Of a DNA stretch of 64,000 nt, positions 38,600 to 52,736 are shown piece after piece (position 1 is the stretch's first letter; each line of letters opens with the position of its first letter). The notes under the pieces were generated by a model that worked only from the letters and a program-made list of their open reading frames with translations, was not told the DNA's origin and made no database searches. The DNA is taken from NCBI GenBank assembly GCA_051294905.1, contig CM119371.1, positions 11,534,001 through 11,598,000 of the forward strand. Direction: 5' to 3'. The translations under genes were made by a program, and so were the position numbers. This DNA is from Botryllus schlosseri. Its lineage: Eukaryota.

Positions 38600-39780
38600 A
38601 GTAGAACTGGTTCTGTCTTTTGGGTTGCGTCGGCCGTGAGGGGCGGTTGACGGTATTGCTGGTCGGTTACTTGGTTGTTGTGTATGGATCTGTATATTTT
38701 GTGAGCTGAATAAACCTCCATAGTGGACAAGGGCCTCTACATTGGCGAGCACGCCAGGCCCAGTATAGAGAATTCACCACAGTCCATCAGCTCGCGGGTC
38801 TGGCTAGTTAGCGAAGTCAGACGATTGGAAAGAGAAATAGAAGCACAATCATTGATAATGCAGCGGCCGAAATTGGATGTGTGCAACGACGATTTGAGGA
38901 CATGGAAGGTACATTGATTTCTGGAATCGACGGTATGTCTGCAAACTGCGTGAGAGCTATGGAAGAGATGGTTGAATACAAGTTTCAGGCATCCGAGGAT
39001 AAAATGATTTCGGTGCTCAAGGCAATACTACAAGGTGATGATGTTGGTTCTGAAAATGTTATGGGCGTTGAAGGTTCCGGTGCTTTTGTCAGTGAAGGTG
39101 TTGAAGTCGGAAAATTGTCCAGCAGTGAAGAGTTGCGTGGTGGACCGGTACTCAATTTGTGCTCAGATACTACATCCTCCATCGCCTTTCCAGAGAATTG
39201 CGGTATAGCAACTGATGTCAGTTTGGGTGATCCTGTGCTTGAATATGAAGTAAAAGTCTCGACTAAATATTCAGATGTCATGGTGCAGCTGCCATGTAAG
39301 CGACGTGACGAAAAACGATCAGAAAGTGGCTACAGAGGCAATCCTAATAACCGGGAGACGATATCGAATTACACAGTGGGCATTGCAGCAATCGCTGGAA
39401 GCGTGTTGGGACATAATCCGAACGATTCCGTTTCACCTGTCTCAGATCTTCCGAAGTGGTTGAAGTCGTACGTCTTCTATTGAAAATTTAGGAACCGCCG
39501 TGTAGAAGATAGAATGGACTGACGACTGGAACTTGCATGTGTTTTCTTGTGATTACTGTACCTTGATTGTTCATGTTGATATTTTGTTGCTATTTTGTGA
39601 GTTGGTGAGAGTCGCCTACGTTAAATAGTACCTCTCAGAATTAGAGGAGGGTAATGTGCAACAGCCCTCCTGTGCCCCTTATTCGGGTCCGCTATCGGTC
39701 ATGCTCTGTATATTCGGTGGAGAGCATGAACTGGCTGTGTCTTTTGGGTAGCGACGGGCCGTGAGGTGCGGTCAATGATA
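38600..39780 (+). mobile_element. Decayed small LTR element
   Basis: LTR end AATAAA...CTCTACA (38741) followed by a tRNA-Arg-like PBS TGGCGAGCACGCCAGG. PPT AGAGGAGGG precedes TG at 39655; partial LTR similarity between 38603-38648 and 39728-39772. A related solo LTR lies at about 47950-48111. Confidence 0.6.
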
Positions 39781-40283
39781 TATATACAATGATTGGGAAC
39801 TGCCACGCCCCCTAACGCTGTAAGGTTTACTCCCGCCGATATCAGCGTGTGCGCGGATAAGGTTGACTGCATACACTTCATTGAGTGATGTTGACCGTGG
39901 TTGAGTACTGCTATCACCTTTGCCGGCAGATATTTCACTGTTTTTTCGTTTGTTAGTTGATTGTTCATAGGTTTTGTGAGCATAGTGAGACAGTACTGCA
40001 TACTAAGGTCTAATCAAACTTCCGCCAATGCGCAATATTCAGGTATACTGACAAGCTGCTTAGGTTTTTGCATCTGTGGATGAGCGTGGAAAAGCTTGGA
40101 AAATTAGGTCAGATTGAGATTCGAACATTTATAAGCATCTATTACGCCATCTGATATCTTGAAAGCGAAACTGATTAAGATGCTTGTGTGAGTAATCTTA
40201 TTGCTGGTGGGTGGCCACCCTGAAAATTCGATGAGAAAGCAATTTTATTGAAGGCTACTATAATATTTATTGGTTGCGTCAGA

Positions 40284-41690
40284 ATGGGGAGATAGTGTTG
40301 CATACCAGGGCGTGCTAAAACCTCTGCCCATGCGCATTTACTGTTTAAAGTTCCAGCAAAACGTTTTTGCACTGGAGCCAAATAGGCCTATGAATGGGTG
40401 GAAAACCTTGATAAATTTATCAGGAGCATGCGTCAAGATCCGTGGCTGGATCAATTGTACAAAAAAGACGATTTAAAGATTTGCGGACTTCATTCGCGTC
40501 ATCTGATTTGTTGAAAGGTGAAGAAATGATTCTATACTGTACTCTTCATCATTGCATAAGCACTACAGAGTGGTGGGCTACCTTGACTATATATTTTGAT
40601 TCCCATGGTAGTTGACTTGTAAAACTGACAAAACAAGTTTCGTTTTAATGTCTAATGCATTTGCTCTTGCGGACAGGACACAAATTGATCAATTTGAACG
40701 TTGGAGCTATTCCAATTTTAAATTTGCCTGTAAATTAGCTAGATTGTGTTCTCATGACTTTATAGCTATGTCGAAAACTTCATCGCGAATATTTCAACAA
40801 TGCTGTTCACTGTGATGTTTCATGTGTCTAACTACTTCTGATTTTTTGCATTTTCAGTGAAAGAGAATATTGTATTCAGTAGGCCTACAACGAAAGACGG
40901 GATGGTAGGATTCGTTTTTCTTGGGGAGTCGAGACCTGTAGATGATGATGAATCAGCTACACACGCTCTTCAAGTTTATGCCAGTGGCCTGGTCACGTCT
41001 GTTTCCAAACCCTTGGCATACTACGCAACAAAATCGGTGGCTTCATTTCAACTTTCGAGTATATTCTGGAGATGTGTCGGCATCTTGGAGTATTGTGGAT
41101 TTCTGGTAGCTGCGTTTGTTGCTGATGGACTCAGTGGAAATCGCAAGATGTTCCAAGAGTTGAATAACTTGAACTTAGAGTATCCTTACAAATGCAAAAA
41201 TATATTCAAACCCCAGCATGAGATATTTGTGATTTTTGACCCTTCCCATTTGTTAAAAACCGTACGCAACAACCTCTACGCCAGCCGCACTGATGGTACG
41301 AAACTTCTCAACAAGGGTGGTTGGTTAATTTATGCATTGGCGGCATTTTACGGCTGTTTGAACCGACGGAATTGAGATGCTGCAAATTGACGGATGCACA
41401 TATTCGTATGCAAAGCTTGGCAAAGATGCGGGAGATTTTTGCTGCTCAGCTTCTGTCAAATAGTGTTGCACGTATTATGCGAGCGAGGAGAGGTGAGGCT
41501 ATAGAAGCTTCTGCATGGTTTGACGGTATTTACAAGTGGTTCGACATTATTAATACATCAACCAAGTTCAGCTACAACGCCGATTGACGCTTTGACTGGC
41601 TGGAAAATGGTTTCTTGTCTAAAATGCGAAAATGGATAGATTCTTGTGCTGAAGGAACAGCAACTGCGAAAATAAAAAAATTCTTGAGTC
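40284..41690 (+). pseudogene. THAP-domain P-element (THAP9-like) transposase relic
   Basis: THAP remnants CCIPG, FKVP, ICGLH and GAIPIL; core ATHAL, PLAYY, VADGLSGNR, DPSHLLKTVRNNL, KM...AAQLLSNSVA. Contains stops and frameshifts. Confidence 0.85.
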
Positions 41691-43105
41691 TCGATAACCA
41701 TTAATGCATTTATTAACCCTGGACAGGTACGGTCAAATAGCCGAATCCATATTCTGCACTACAGATATTGATGAATTTGGTGACACCTGGATATCATATA
41801 AAATTACGGGAAAAGGATGTTCCCCATCCTAGCAATGATTCGGGCAAGAGCAAGCAAAGATGGACAAACATCTAAACAAGGCAGATTTCATCAAGAGTAG
41901 ATACGGCATCATTCGGGTCGTAATTGGCCATTTTTGAGCCAACGAAAGCGAGTGTACTGCTGCATTTTTGAAGGACATCATCCAAATACTTTTCCCAAGT
42001 TGAAGATGACAAAAATTGATATCAAGAACTGTTATTGCCTAGGATATCACGAATAAACTGTTTTTGTTGTCCACATAGATATTTTTTCATCGATCTAGTT
42101 CTGTACAGTTGCATATTAATGTTACTTTTTTCAAATGCATGCACCATTATTTCCGTCATATACACATGAATTAGGGATTTGAGGATTAAATCATGTATTC
42201 GTAAATGTGCCATCTGTGAAGTGTATGTATCTTGTTTCCTCATTTCTTTACATAACATGATGGAATCCTGAAAATTCAATTATGTATAGTAAGGCATCGA
42301 GATTTTCTGGAATGATCATGGATAGGTGACTTTTTTCAGAGGTGGGTGATGTCAGGGATATCTAGAAACTAGTTTCTAGATATCCCTGGGTGATGTATGC
42401 AGCGTTGCTACTGAAGTAGTTGAAGTATTGCTACAATGGTTTACTCAGGTTCAAATAGAAGTAGCGAAAATATAAATCTGTAGAGTACTTTTAAAAAGTT
42501 CTAAAATTAGATTTGGTTGTTCGCTCGAAGTCAGTTGGAAATAGTCACTTTTGAAATTGCAGGGTGAAGCTTAGTGATTACCGCAAAAGGACCATTGAAT
42601 ATATGGGTGCTATTTTCAAAAACTTTCAAAACTCAGGGATATCTGGATATCCCTGCAAAAACCAAGTTGTGATGTTTATGTTTGGTGAGTAGTATGAACA
42701 CATAATCACCCGAGGAAGTAGGCAAACCTACTCGAGTACTCAAATTAACTAGAATTACTTCTCTGTGTGCAACTTTGCATTTATTCATAGGTTAAATACC
42801 GTAATAAATGATCAAACTGAAATACAAAAGAACAGTTGTATCGACTAGCCTAATCACTATTGCTCCAACAACTCACGAGACGTGAGTGTCAATGCATACA
42901 TGCACGCACGTCGCACAATCACAACAACAAGAAGACGAGATCGCTCATGCGTTTAGGGAAACTACTAGAGAGAGAGGTAGTAGTAAGAGATAATCACACA
43001 TCCCCCCCAACTCCTAACGAAATCAACGAGCATTGAGTGAGGAGTTCAAAATACAGCGAGTAGAGAACGTCCAACCAAATACTCTAATGGCGATTGAATC
43101 GGGAA

Positions 43106-45455
43106 TCAACATAACATTTGTGCCCCAATAACGTAGTCCTTGTGCCATACTGGCGGAGTAACATTTCTGCCCGAGCGCTGGCGTCTATCATTAGACGGTG
43201 CGGCAACACTAGTGTCGTCGATCGGTACTTCAACTGGTAGATGATCTTCGGCACTCGATTCGGCGGATCTCAGCACGCCAGGGTCTACCTCATGTGACTG
43301 TCCACTTCGAGCGGGTGGCGAAACGACGTGAGGTGACGTAGCTGTGCCGGGAGACGAGACCGTTGGCTGAAAATATGTGTGCTTTTGGTTCGTGAAGTAC
43401 GGCTCAATCTTGCATAGAAATTTCCTGTTACGCAGCATCAATCTGCCGGAACCGTCCACTTTCACGAGGTACTGGTCATGGTCCCGGCACTGAACCACAG
43501 TGCCGGTTCTGTCCCAGCGAAGGGGATAACGACCGTTTTGGTTTTGAATGCGACAGACATCACCTTCAAGAAGCGGTGATAATGGCTTAGTGTTCAACGA
43601 CAGAGATTCCAGCTGCTTCGCAAATCTGGTACGTAACGTGTGCTCGCGACTCTGCCAGAGGTTCCTCCATAATGGCCTGATGTTGCGCTGGGTGAAAACT
43701 GGGACCCATGCTTTGATCGGCAACGCATCTTTCAAAGTCCTGCCAAATACTATTTCTGCAGGGGAGAGTCCATTCGCGGGGTCGGGGCAATTGCGAAAGT
43801 GTAGCAATGCCCGAGTAATTGCGTCGGTCCGGATGCTGCCATCCTGCGAAATGTTGCCGAGGAGTCGTTTCATCGATTTCACCGCGGCCTCCGCGCGGCC
43901 ATTTGATCTGGAGTGGTAGGCCGACGACAGCCTGTGACGCACCCCCCATTTTCGAAAAAATTCCCGAGTGCTGTGCGCAGCAAATTCGGGTCCCCCATCA
44001 CTGCTAAGTTCTTCGGCCACTCCAAACGTGCCAAAGTAACTTCGTAATGCATCTTGGAGTCCGAGGGCTCCAGACGATTGCCCACCGTGCTTCACATGGA
44101 ATATCTTTGGCCAGTTGCTGAAGCGGTCAACAACGACTAAATAGTGGTGGCCTGCGGCGGTGCAATAATCAGCGGCAACAGCTTGGAAAGGGTAGGTCGG
44201 TATGAATGGCTCGGCCGGAGGTATGTATGCTTGACTCGGTGCCATTTTACTGCAGTTGTCACAACGTGCTCGTGTACGTGCTATACACTCACTCATCCCA
44301 GGCCAAAATACTGTGACCTGCGCCCTCTGTGACATGGCAGCAGTCCCTTGGGGTGCCGAGTGTAAGATTTCACAGATAACCCCTCGCAGCGGCGGGGGAA
44401 TGACAATCCGGTCATTATACATGACAACATCGTCTACGATCGAAAGGTTGTCGCGGTACCGCCAATATGATTGTAGTTGAAAAGGCAGTTTGTCCGATTT
44501 GTCTGGGAATCCTGAGATGATGTGAGTTTTCAACTCACTGAGGACAGGATCGTATGCAGTACTGCGCTTTACATCGTCCCAGGAGACAACTTCAATGGCA
44601 TTCAATGATGCGCGGGAGGCGGCCGCGATGCTGAGTTCAATCAGATTGGTGTCCTCATGGGCAGACACGATGCTGTCGCAATGGTCCAATGGCATGTCAT
44701 CCACTGGAGTCGAGGGAGCAGGGTGCCTGGAGAATGCATCAGATGCAGGAATGAGTTTACCAGGAACATGGACGACACGGAAGCGCCATGACAATGTGCG
44801 CTGCTTCAGACGAAAAATCCTTGTGTTAGTAATTTCATCAAGGGAGCGGTCCCCAAAGATTTTTACCAAAGGTTTGTGGTCAGTGCAGATGATGAGATCG
44901 TCACATCCGAGGGTGAAGAACTTCGTATCTTCCAATGCCCATGCGATTCCAAGCGCCTCGCCCTCTATAGAACAATAACGTTGTTCGGCGGATCGGAGGA
45001 ACTTTGAGCCAGCGAGAGTGATTTTCTACCCATGGTCGCAACAGTCAGGGGTCAAGGAAACGCATTTGCAGTACTTCTGTCGCAGCCAGTAGCCAATGCC
45101 AGACCTTGACCAGTCCGGGGTCAGGCACGTTCTTCTAGTGGGGTCAAAGATCCGTACTCCATTTTTGATAGCGTTGATGAGCGCGAGCTTGGAGTTCGCA
45201 AATGCATCATCAAGTTCGGAAGTCCAGCAAAATGGAGTTTTCGTGCTTAGTAACGGTTTGAATGGTGCCATAATGGTAGAAAGCTGGCCATAATGGGATG
45301 CCTGGTTGACCAGCCCAAACCATGCACGTATATCTGCTATTTTTGTTGGCCGTGGGAAGCACTGTATTGCTTCTAAGTATTTGGGCAGAGGCCGAACATC
45401 CTCGCCAGTAATTTCGAAGCCGGCGAACTCGATGTGTCTGCGGCAGAACTGGATA
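43106..45455 (-). pseudogene. pol: Gypsy RNase H / integrase (frameshifted)
   Basis: PDWSRSGIG, TDHKPL, VAADY, SDGGPEF, SNGRAE. Confidence 0.9.
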
Positions 45456-45463
45456 GTCTAGAT

Positions 45464-46938
45464 CAGTGGTTCTCAACCTTTTTGGCTTCGCGGACCCCTT
45501 TTGACCGTCACAGACCCTCGCGGACCCCCTCCAGTTTTAGTTCAATTTTAGCTCTGTTATGATGCAACCTTCATCTGTTTTGTGCAAAAATGTATTGTAG
45601 GCTTGTGATAAACAGCAAAATATTGATTTTTCTTGAAAATAACATCATATACTATTTATGTATAAATTGGTAGACTTTGAATATTTCAAAGCTAATTTTG
45701 CTGCTGTATTTCTTGAAGTAAGTGGCGTGTCTTGAAAATCCACGTCTTCCTTTTGATATGAACGAGGAGTGCCGAATACCAATTCCGCAAAGATAGATGG
45801 AGGCTAATGCAATATTAACGCGTAAAGCTTCCGACTATACTTTTGGTGTGATCGCAACATTTATGGCACCAAAATGAAGAAACATATATTTTATGAACAT
45901 ATCACGCCCAGCATCTAGCGCAGGGACTGGCAACATAGGACGCACCGCGGGTCGGATTGGGCCCACGACGGCATTTTCATAGGCCCGCAGAGAGTTTCTA
46001 CCGTCAAAGTGAAATCCTAATCTAAAAGTATATAGACAAATTTTATGCGCCAAAGAATGGATCCAAGTTTACAACCTGAGAATGACTGTCATGAAACGAC
46101 TTGTTCTGTTCGAGCAAACATTTTCGACCATGAACTATTGAACATTAACACGACAAGGCTGCATACCAATATAACTGGTGATATGAATTTCAGGGTTGGA
46201 GCGTAATGCTTTGACACCAACGAAACACTCCTTGTTCATAAAAAAAAGCCTTGTCGATAGGGCATCCGCAATAAGAATGCGCCAAATCTGATAGCCGAGC
46301 TTTAAGAGTAGGTATATCATTGTCCGATTTATGACGAGTGTCAGCCGTAAATATTCGGGTTCATTTCAATATCAATATACTATTTAATTGTATATTAAAT
46401 TTCTGTACCTCCAAGAAGCTATTCAAATAGTGGTTATGTATATCACAGCAGGATCAAATGGATTTCGTGGCGAGGTTTCAATCCCTGCATTGGGAAAAAT
46501 TAGGGAAATACTTCGTAAATTTTTATTTCAAACGACTGTTCACTAATTTGATGAGACTGACAACTTCAAGTCGAGAAGGTTTCGCAGACATTACGAAGTC
46601 ACCCTGATTGACGTTACTATCTCCATATTTTTATTTTTACCACAAACCCCAACAAAACGTCTCTAAACAGCAATATGTTTGTATCAGCAGGTTATTGGAA
46701 AATTGGCAATGAAAATGAATTTCCACACTACGATAGCTCATGTCAGACTATTATTATTATGATATGAGTCATGAGGTTTTAGAAGTTGTGGTTCGAAACT
46801 GCCTCATGCTTTCTCAAATTAAAAAATGAAATAAAAAATAGGTTATCAACCATTTTAAAAATTTAGAGGTCTCGCGGACCCCCTGAAATTGCTTCGCGGA
46901 CCCCTAGGGGTCCGCGGACCCCCGGTTGAGAACCGCTG
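45464..46938. mobile_element. hAT/Charlie-type non-autonomous element inserted in the gypsy RT
   Basis: TIR CAGTGGTTCTCAACC / GGTTGAGAACCGCTG; perfect 8-bp TSD GTCTAGAT. Confidence 0.93.
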
Positions 46939-46946
46939 GTCTAGAT

Positions 46947-47200
46947 AGTCAATCATTCTCCACCAGTGCGTGGCAAGGTCATCGTCCCAGAGGACCGTGT
47001 CGTCCACGCACTTCGTTTTGCGTGGTGTGTCGGCAATGATGCTGTCGTAGCGGTAAGCGTACCCGTCGCCACTGGCCAGGTATCCCTGCGGGGCCACTCT
47101 ATACCGATATCTCCCGAACTCAGTGATGAATGTCAGAAGGTGTCTATCCTCTTCACGCACGGGCACGGAATGGTAACCATTCCAGGCATCTGTGACAGAC
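46947..47200 (-). pseudogene. Gypsy RT fragment
   Basis: DAWNGYHS, TFITEFGRYRY, PQG, CVDD. Confidence 0.88.
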
Positions 47201-48648
47201 CTTGGAGTATTTGGTTATATTAAGTTTGATCATGTGCAACTTTGCATTTATTCATAGGTTAAATACCGTAATAAATGATCAAGCTGAAATACAAAAGAAC
47301 AGTTGCATCGACTAGCCTAATCCCTATTGCTCCAACAACTCACAAGACGTGAGTGTCAATGCATACATGCACGCACGTCGCACAATCACAACAACAAGAA
47401 GACGAGATCGCTCATGCGTTTAGGGAAACTACTAGAGAGAGAGATAGTAGTAAGAGATAATCACACACTCTGAAAACTACGTACGTCTGCTTGATATTTA
47501 ATGATGTTATTGATGTAGAAATATGATGGAAAAGCGACACCTCAAGTTGTAATGAAGGTTGTGTCACTTGCAAAAATGGTTGAACGTCCGCGACCGTGTG
47601 AACATAAGCCTCGTTGATTGTCACAACGCTGAATCACGGGGATTGCGTATAATTGCGAGTCGTCAATGTGTGAATTGGATTTGCGATACGCGCATAACGC
47701 GCGAGATTGATCTTGTGAACTATGTGTACGACTGTACGAAGTACGTGTACGTGAATCAATAACGTTTATATGGCAGTGATCCGCTATCATAATCTGAAAA
47801 AAAATCCCGGACGCGAGAAAGAAATGCGCTTTAACACGTTAACGCTAGTCGCCACTGATAAATATACCCAATGAATTAAATATCATCGCTAGTTCCTCAA
47901 GGAAGTATTGCAGAGGAAGGCTTTGTTTACAGCACAACAGTGTATGCGATGTAGCGTGACCAGGAACACGCTGAAACGGAGAGCTCACGGTAATTTCTAA
48001 TCATTGTATATATATCATTGGGTGTGTCGACGGTATGGCTGGTCGGTTACTTGGTGTTCGAGTATATTTAGTGAGCTGAATAAACCTCCATACTGGACAA
48101 GGGCCTCTACACGAGCCTTTAAAAACTTTTCAAGAGATCAAGGTTATTTTATAAAGGTGGAAATAAGAGCATCCTCTGAAACATTTTGAAACCTGGTGTA
48201 TAATACTCCCCATCTGCCACTTACGTCAATTCAATGATTTCTACTGCCCATTCACACATAAAACAAGGGTACCTTGTAGTTCTAGACAGTTGAACCAGTG
48301 GCATATTCATGAGTTCAAAATCAATGGAACCTTTACACGTTTAAGTAGTTTGAGTATACTATATTCCGAACTTGAATTCCAAAGTTTCATATTCTCGTAA
48401 GACCCCTTGATCCCCTGTTTTAAAATGAAAACTTTCAATCGCCTGGTGTCACATTCTATTGTTTCATGCCCAACCTACAACGTGGTACAACGTAGTACAA
48501 CCCTTCAGACAATGATTATGGCATAAATATTTTGCAGCTAAATACGATTTTGTAACATTTTTCAAGTTTATACTGCGTTTATAACTTCCAAAATGTGTTG
48601 CGCAACCTTATTATTTGAAAGACCAACATTTAGATAGTGTTCCTTCAC

Positions 48649-48974
48649 CTTGTCAGAGAAGCTCAGTTCATTCAATCTGTCGAATTCTTCCATTCTGAAG
48701 TAAATTGTTTCATCGAAATCCAAAGCGACTTGCTTTACTTTTATGACATGAGTGGTTTTCGCAGCCGCTACACATACTTTTATCGCTACCTGGAAAGCGG
48801 CAGAGGTAATGACTCACCTTTGTTTATATCTAAAACTCATATTCACGTCACCTTTTTCACTCCCGCCACTTTGATGTTTAAATGCTCCACAGAGAAGCAT
48901 ATCATTGAAAACACCTGCCCCCAGACGCTTTCATCAAATGATTCGTCGTTCAGACTTATACATAACTCCGTAAT
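48649..48974 (-). CDS. NLR repeat cassette 5 (A 48852-48974, B 48649-48789)
   Basis: A=ITELCISLNDESFDESVWGQVFSMICFSVEHLNIKVAGVKK; B=VAIKVCVAAAKTTHVIKVKQVALDFDETIYFRMEEFDRLNELSFSDK (in-frame 9-bp deletion relative to cassettes 3-4). 62-bp intron. Confidence 0.8.
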
Positions 48975-49203
48975 CTGGACAAGTTAAAAATCGTAATAAT
49001 AGCAAAATGTGTAGCATATGTATCCCTTGGTGACGGTGCAAACGCCTGAAAGATACTGGATCGAGTGAACACGAAATTTAACAAAAGGTCCACTGTGTAC
49101 ACGAACCTTTGACGTCATGTGACATCACAATGCTAATTTCGTACAGTACTTTTCCGTAAGGATATAGCCGTGTACCTACTTGATAGACAAATGCTGTAGT
49201 TGT

Positions 49204-50105
49204 CAGTGTTGGGATCAAGTCATTACCTTCGAGTTACGAGTCATCTCGAGTCATTGCACATTTTGACTCGAGTCAAGTCAAGTCAATCGAATTTCGAAGG
49301 TGACTCGAGTCAAGTCAAGTCACTCGTTTTTTGGATGTGACTCGAGTCAAGTCAAGTCAAGTCAAGTCGAGTCACGAGTCAAGTCACAATTCAAGTGAAA
49401 TTGAATTTTCGAAGTATCAGCGACGATTCAAAGTCATTACATTTTGCTAGCTGTGTGAAAGACAGAATAATTTGCCATTTATCTTGCATCAAATTACTAA
49501 AATAAAGTTTAATATGCATGCAAGAAGGCGTCTATCACGCACACGTAGAACCGCAAATAAAATACGCGACTAACTGTATAGCTATATGCTATTACAGTCT
49601 GTTATTATATCAGCCAGTAGGATCGAATACGAAGCCTCGAGAATTTGTAACAAATTGACACGGATTTGAATCATACAGGAGGGTTGATAAAGGTGATCAC
49701 TGCGCAATGTTAGCACTGAGCCGTCCAAGAAACATAGATACGTTAATTGATATTGTATTCTTCTTCTATTACTACGACAACGTAACCTGTGATCATTTCG
49801 TTTGTGGTCAATATATTTTTGATGCAATAATGGAGGATCATTCAAACGTGCATTCAGTGAATGCCTGGTTACTCTCACAAGGGACACAAGCGTATCGCGA
49901 ACAATACGAACATATGCACAAAATACACTTATTTGATTGATACCGTTTAGTTGATGACTTGAAATTGACTCGTAAATTTTGCTCCGAGTCACGAGTCAAT
50001 CCGCATTTTTGAAACATCGAGTCAAGTCAAGTCAAGTCATTTTTACAAAGTGACTCGAGTCAAGTCAAGCGATACGAAAAAGTGACTCGAGTCATCCCAA
50101 CACTG
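49204..50105. mobile_element. hAT MITE with (GTCAA)n/GACTCGAGTC subterminal repeats
   Basis: CAGTGTTGGGAT / ATCCCAACACTG; perfect TSD GTAGTTGT. Confidence 0.92.
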
Positions 50106-50859
50106 GTAGTTGTACAGATTGCAGTTATGTCAGATGGTCACGATGTTTCTCGAAAATATAAAAATTGAAATTTGAATGTACCGCATGTGACTTTTCCATA
50201 CTGCGCAATTCCGCTGCTTTGAAAAGACACTTATATAATTATAGTTAGATGTTAGATTATTATACGACAGTTTCAAAGCTTTTGCTGAGTCATATTTACT
50301 ATGACGATACATGTCATATGTACGTCGATACGGTATGAAAGGAAACATGCAACCCCGCAACTCATAATATATTGACCGAAAATTTCGTGAAAACATAATT
50401 GTTGCGTCATACCTATTTCGTGCGCAGCACGACGAATATGTTGGACTTAACTTAACTTTTGTGACAATTAAATTCTTGCTGGTTCTCCGTGAAAACAGTC
50501 TCACTGGCAGAATATTATATTTCTACAAACTATAAATAGCGAAAATAAGTAAGTGGATCATAAAATAATACGACACAGAAGTGGATTTTAATTGAATAAG
50601 TACTGCAAATAGAAGAAAACTACTTGAATACTCCGACAACGTAGAAGTACTTCGTTACTTGACAACTTGTGATGTTAGTTGTCTTTGTTTAGATGATTAT
50701 TACGCTGCTGCCCGTTGCACCCGCGGTCGTGGGTTCCAAAGCGCAGTTATGTCAGATGGTCACGATGTCGTTCAAAAATTTTAAAATTGAAATTTGAATG
50801 TATGGCATGTTACTTTTCCATGCAATAACTGCGGCATTTCGCATCTATGAAAAGACACT

Positions 50860-51540
50860 TTAAGGAATTTAATGATCGAGCACTGTTTACGTTACCATGT
50901 TCTACAAGAGTATATATATTTTAACGGTTATTCGCAAAATGATAATGAAAATGATAACTAAAAGTCGCGTAAATCTAGGAGGTGGGCCCCTCACGAAATC
51001 AAAGCAAGCTCTTTTAACTGGTGCAGAAATCTAACGTTCGACCACTTTTACGGCACCATATTCTACATGGGTAGGCCTGGATGTATTTTCACAGTTATTC
51101 GCAAAATGATAACGAATAATCGCGTAAATGTAGGAAGGGGCCCCGTCATCAAATCGAAGTCATCTCTTTTAACGGGTGCAGAAATTTAATGATCGACAAC
51201 TGTTTGCGGTACCATATTCTACATGGGTACAGATATTTTCACGGTTATTCGTAAAATGGTTACTATAAATCACGTAAATGTAGGACAGCCCCCCTCAATA
51301 AAACCAAAGTGAGCTTCTTTAACGGGTGCAGAAATATAATGATCGACCACTGTTTACGGTGCCATATTCTACATGGGTAGGTCTGCATGTATTTTCACGG
51401 TTATGTAAGAGGTAGGCCTCTCATAAAATCAAAGTAAGCTCTTTTAACGCGTGCAGAAATTTAATAATCGGCAACTGTTCACAGCACCATATTCTACGTA
51501 GGTACATATATTTCCACGGTTATTCAAAAAATGATATGTA
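50860..51540. repeat. Degenerate tandem repeat, about 5 units of 125-155 bp
   Basis: Recurring GTGCAGAAAT..ATCGACCACTGTTTACGG..CCATATTCTACATGGG. Confidence 0.8.
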
Positions 51541-52169
51541 TGAAAATGAGAATTGATGATTGACCTCTTTTCACGGTACCGTAACTTTTTCTTTATGGAT
51601 ACTAGGATTTCCACGGTAATTCAGAAAATGGTGATAGTTGGAAAAAAGCGCGTAAATCGGAGAAATAGTTGAAAAACGCCCGTAAACCGAGGAGGGGGCA
51701 TCGAAAGCGCGTAAATCAACCAGGGGGCCTAGGCGACCACCCACCTCGCCCACCGCAAAAGCCACCACTGGCCCTACTGCGAGTCAGCAACGCAGTATCG
51801 AATTATAATATAAGAGCCCTATCCTAACTGGTATTTCATGGTATGTTCGATTTTTGTCAAGAAAACTATGCATATACCACTCCTACAAACACGAAATACG
51901 TCATATCCCCCTGTTATGATACATGTGTCAGGTTGTGTAAAATCATTGAAGTTTCAGCTTGCCTCAGCGTTCATGACATCGTCTTCGATGCGTTGCGGAA
52001 ACTTAATATAGATAACTAACCTAAAGATAGATGCGAAACATGTGACTGGAAGCTGGTTAAGTAACCAGATACAGCTAGCGATTGCTCGTCGCTACATGAA
52101 CATATATTGTATGCCAGTGGCCGGACAGCATTATGTCTAAAGTAGGTAAGGACTGTATTGACGCTCGGA

Positions 52170-52540
52170 TGCTACGTCTGGGGCATGTTCGGACTATGTT
52201 GCCACTCGGAAATCATATCCGTCGTATCTTCGCACTGTGTTCCGCCACTAGGACACCATGTCTTTGGTATGTTCGTACTGTTTTGCGCGACTGGACATTA
52301 TGCTGCCTGGGGTATGTTCGGACTATATTGCCACTCGGACATCATGACTTTGCTATGTTCGCATTGTGTTCCGCCACTAGGTTATCATGGCTGCGGCATG
52401 TTCGGAATTCGTTGCCACTACACTCCGAGTGGAATAATGGCTGAATGGCAACGCCACCGAACATACCCCAGACATATTATACGAGTGGCAACATAGCACG
52501 AACATATCCCAGACATGGTGTCCGCGTGGCAATACATAAT
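52170..52540. repeat. Short tandem repeats with an inverted copy (probable MITE subterminal array)
   Basis: ATGTTCGGACTAT.TTGCCACTCGG units followed by reverse-complement units from 52447. Confidence 0.65.
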
Positions 52541-52736
52541 GAATCAATCCGAAACATGATGCGGACTGGCCGTTGGCGTGCCATATCTGTTAACGAAACG
52601 ACCAGCCATCGCTTGCTTCATCTGGGTACTCAACTGTCAGTCCGCATCCATCAGTAAGTTATTTATCTATAGACTTAATAGTTGGTCAAACACCATCTCG
52701 CGGATAGTATATTCTCACTCCCATAATAATGTTCAC

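Larger units (their letters stand above)
42766..47467 (-). mobile_element. Internally deleted Ty3/gypsy element
   Basis: 235-bp LTRs 42766-43000 and 47233-47467; TSD CTCTG; G-rich PPT at 43001-43015. Gag and protease are absent and RT starts about 30 bp from the 5' LTR. Confidence 0.95.
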
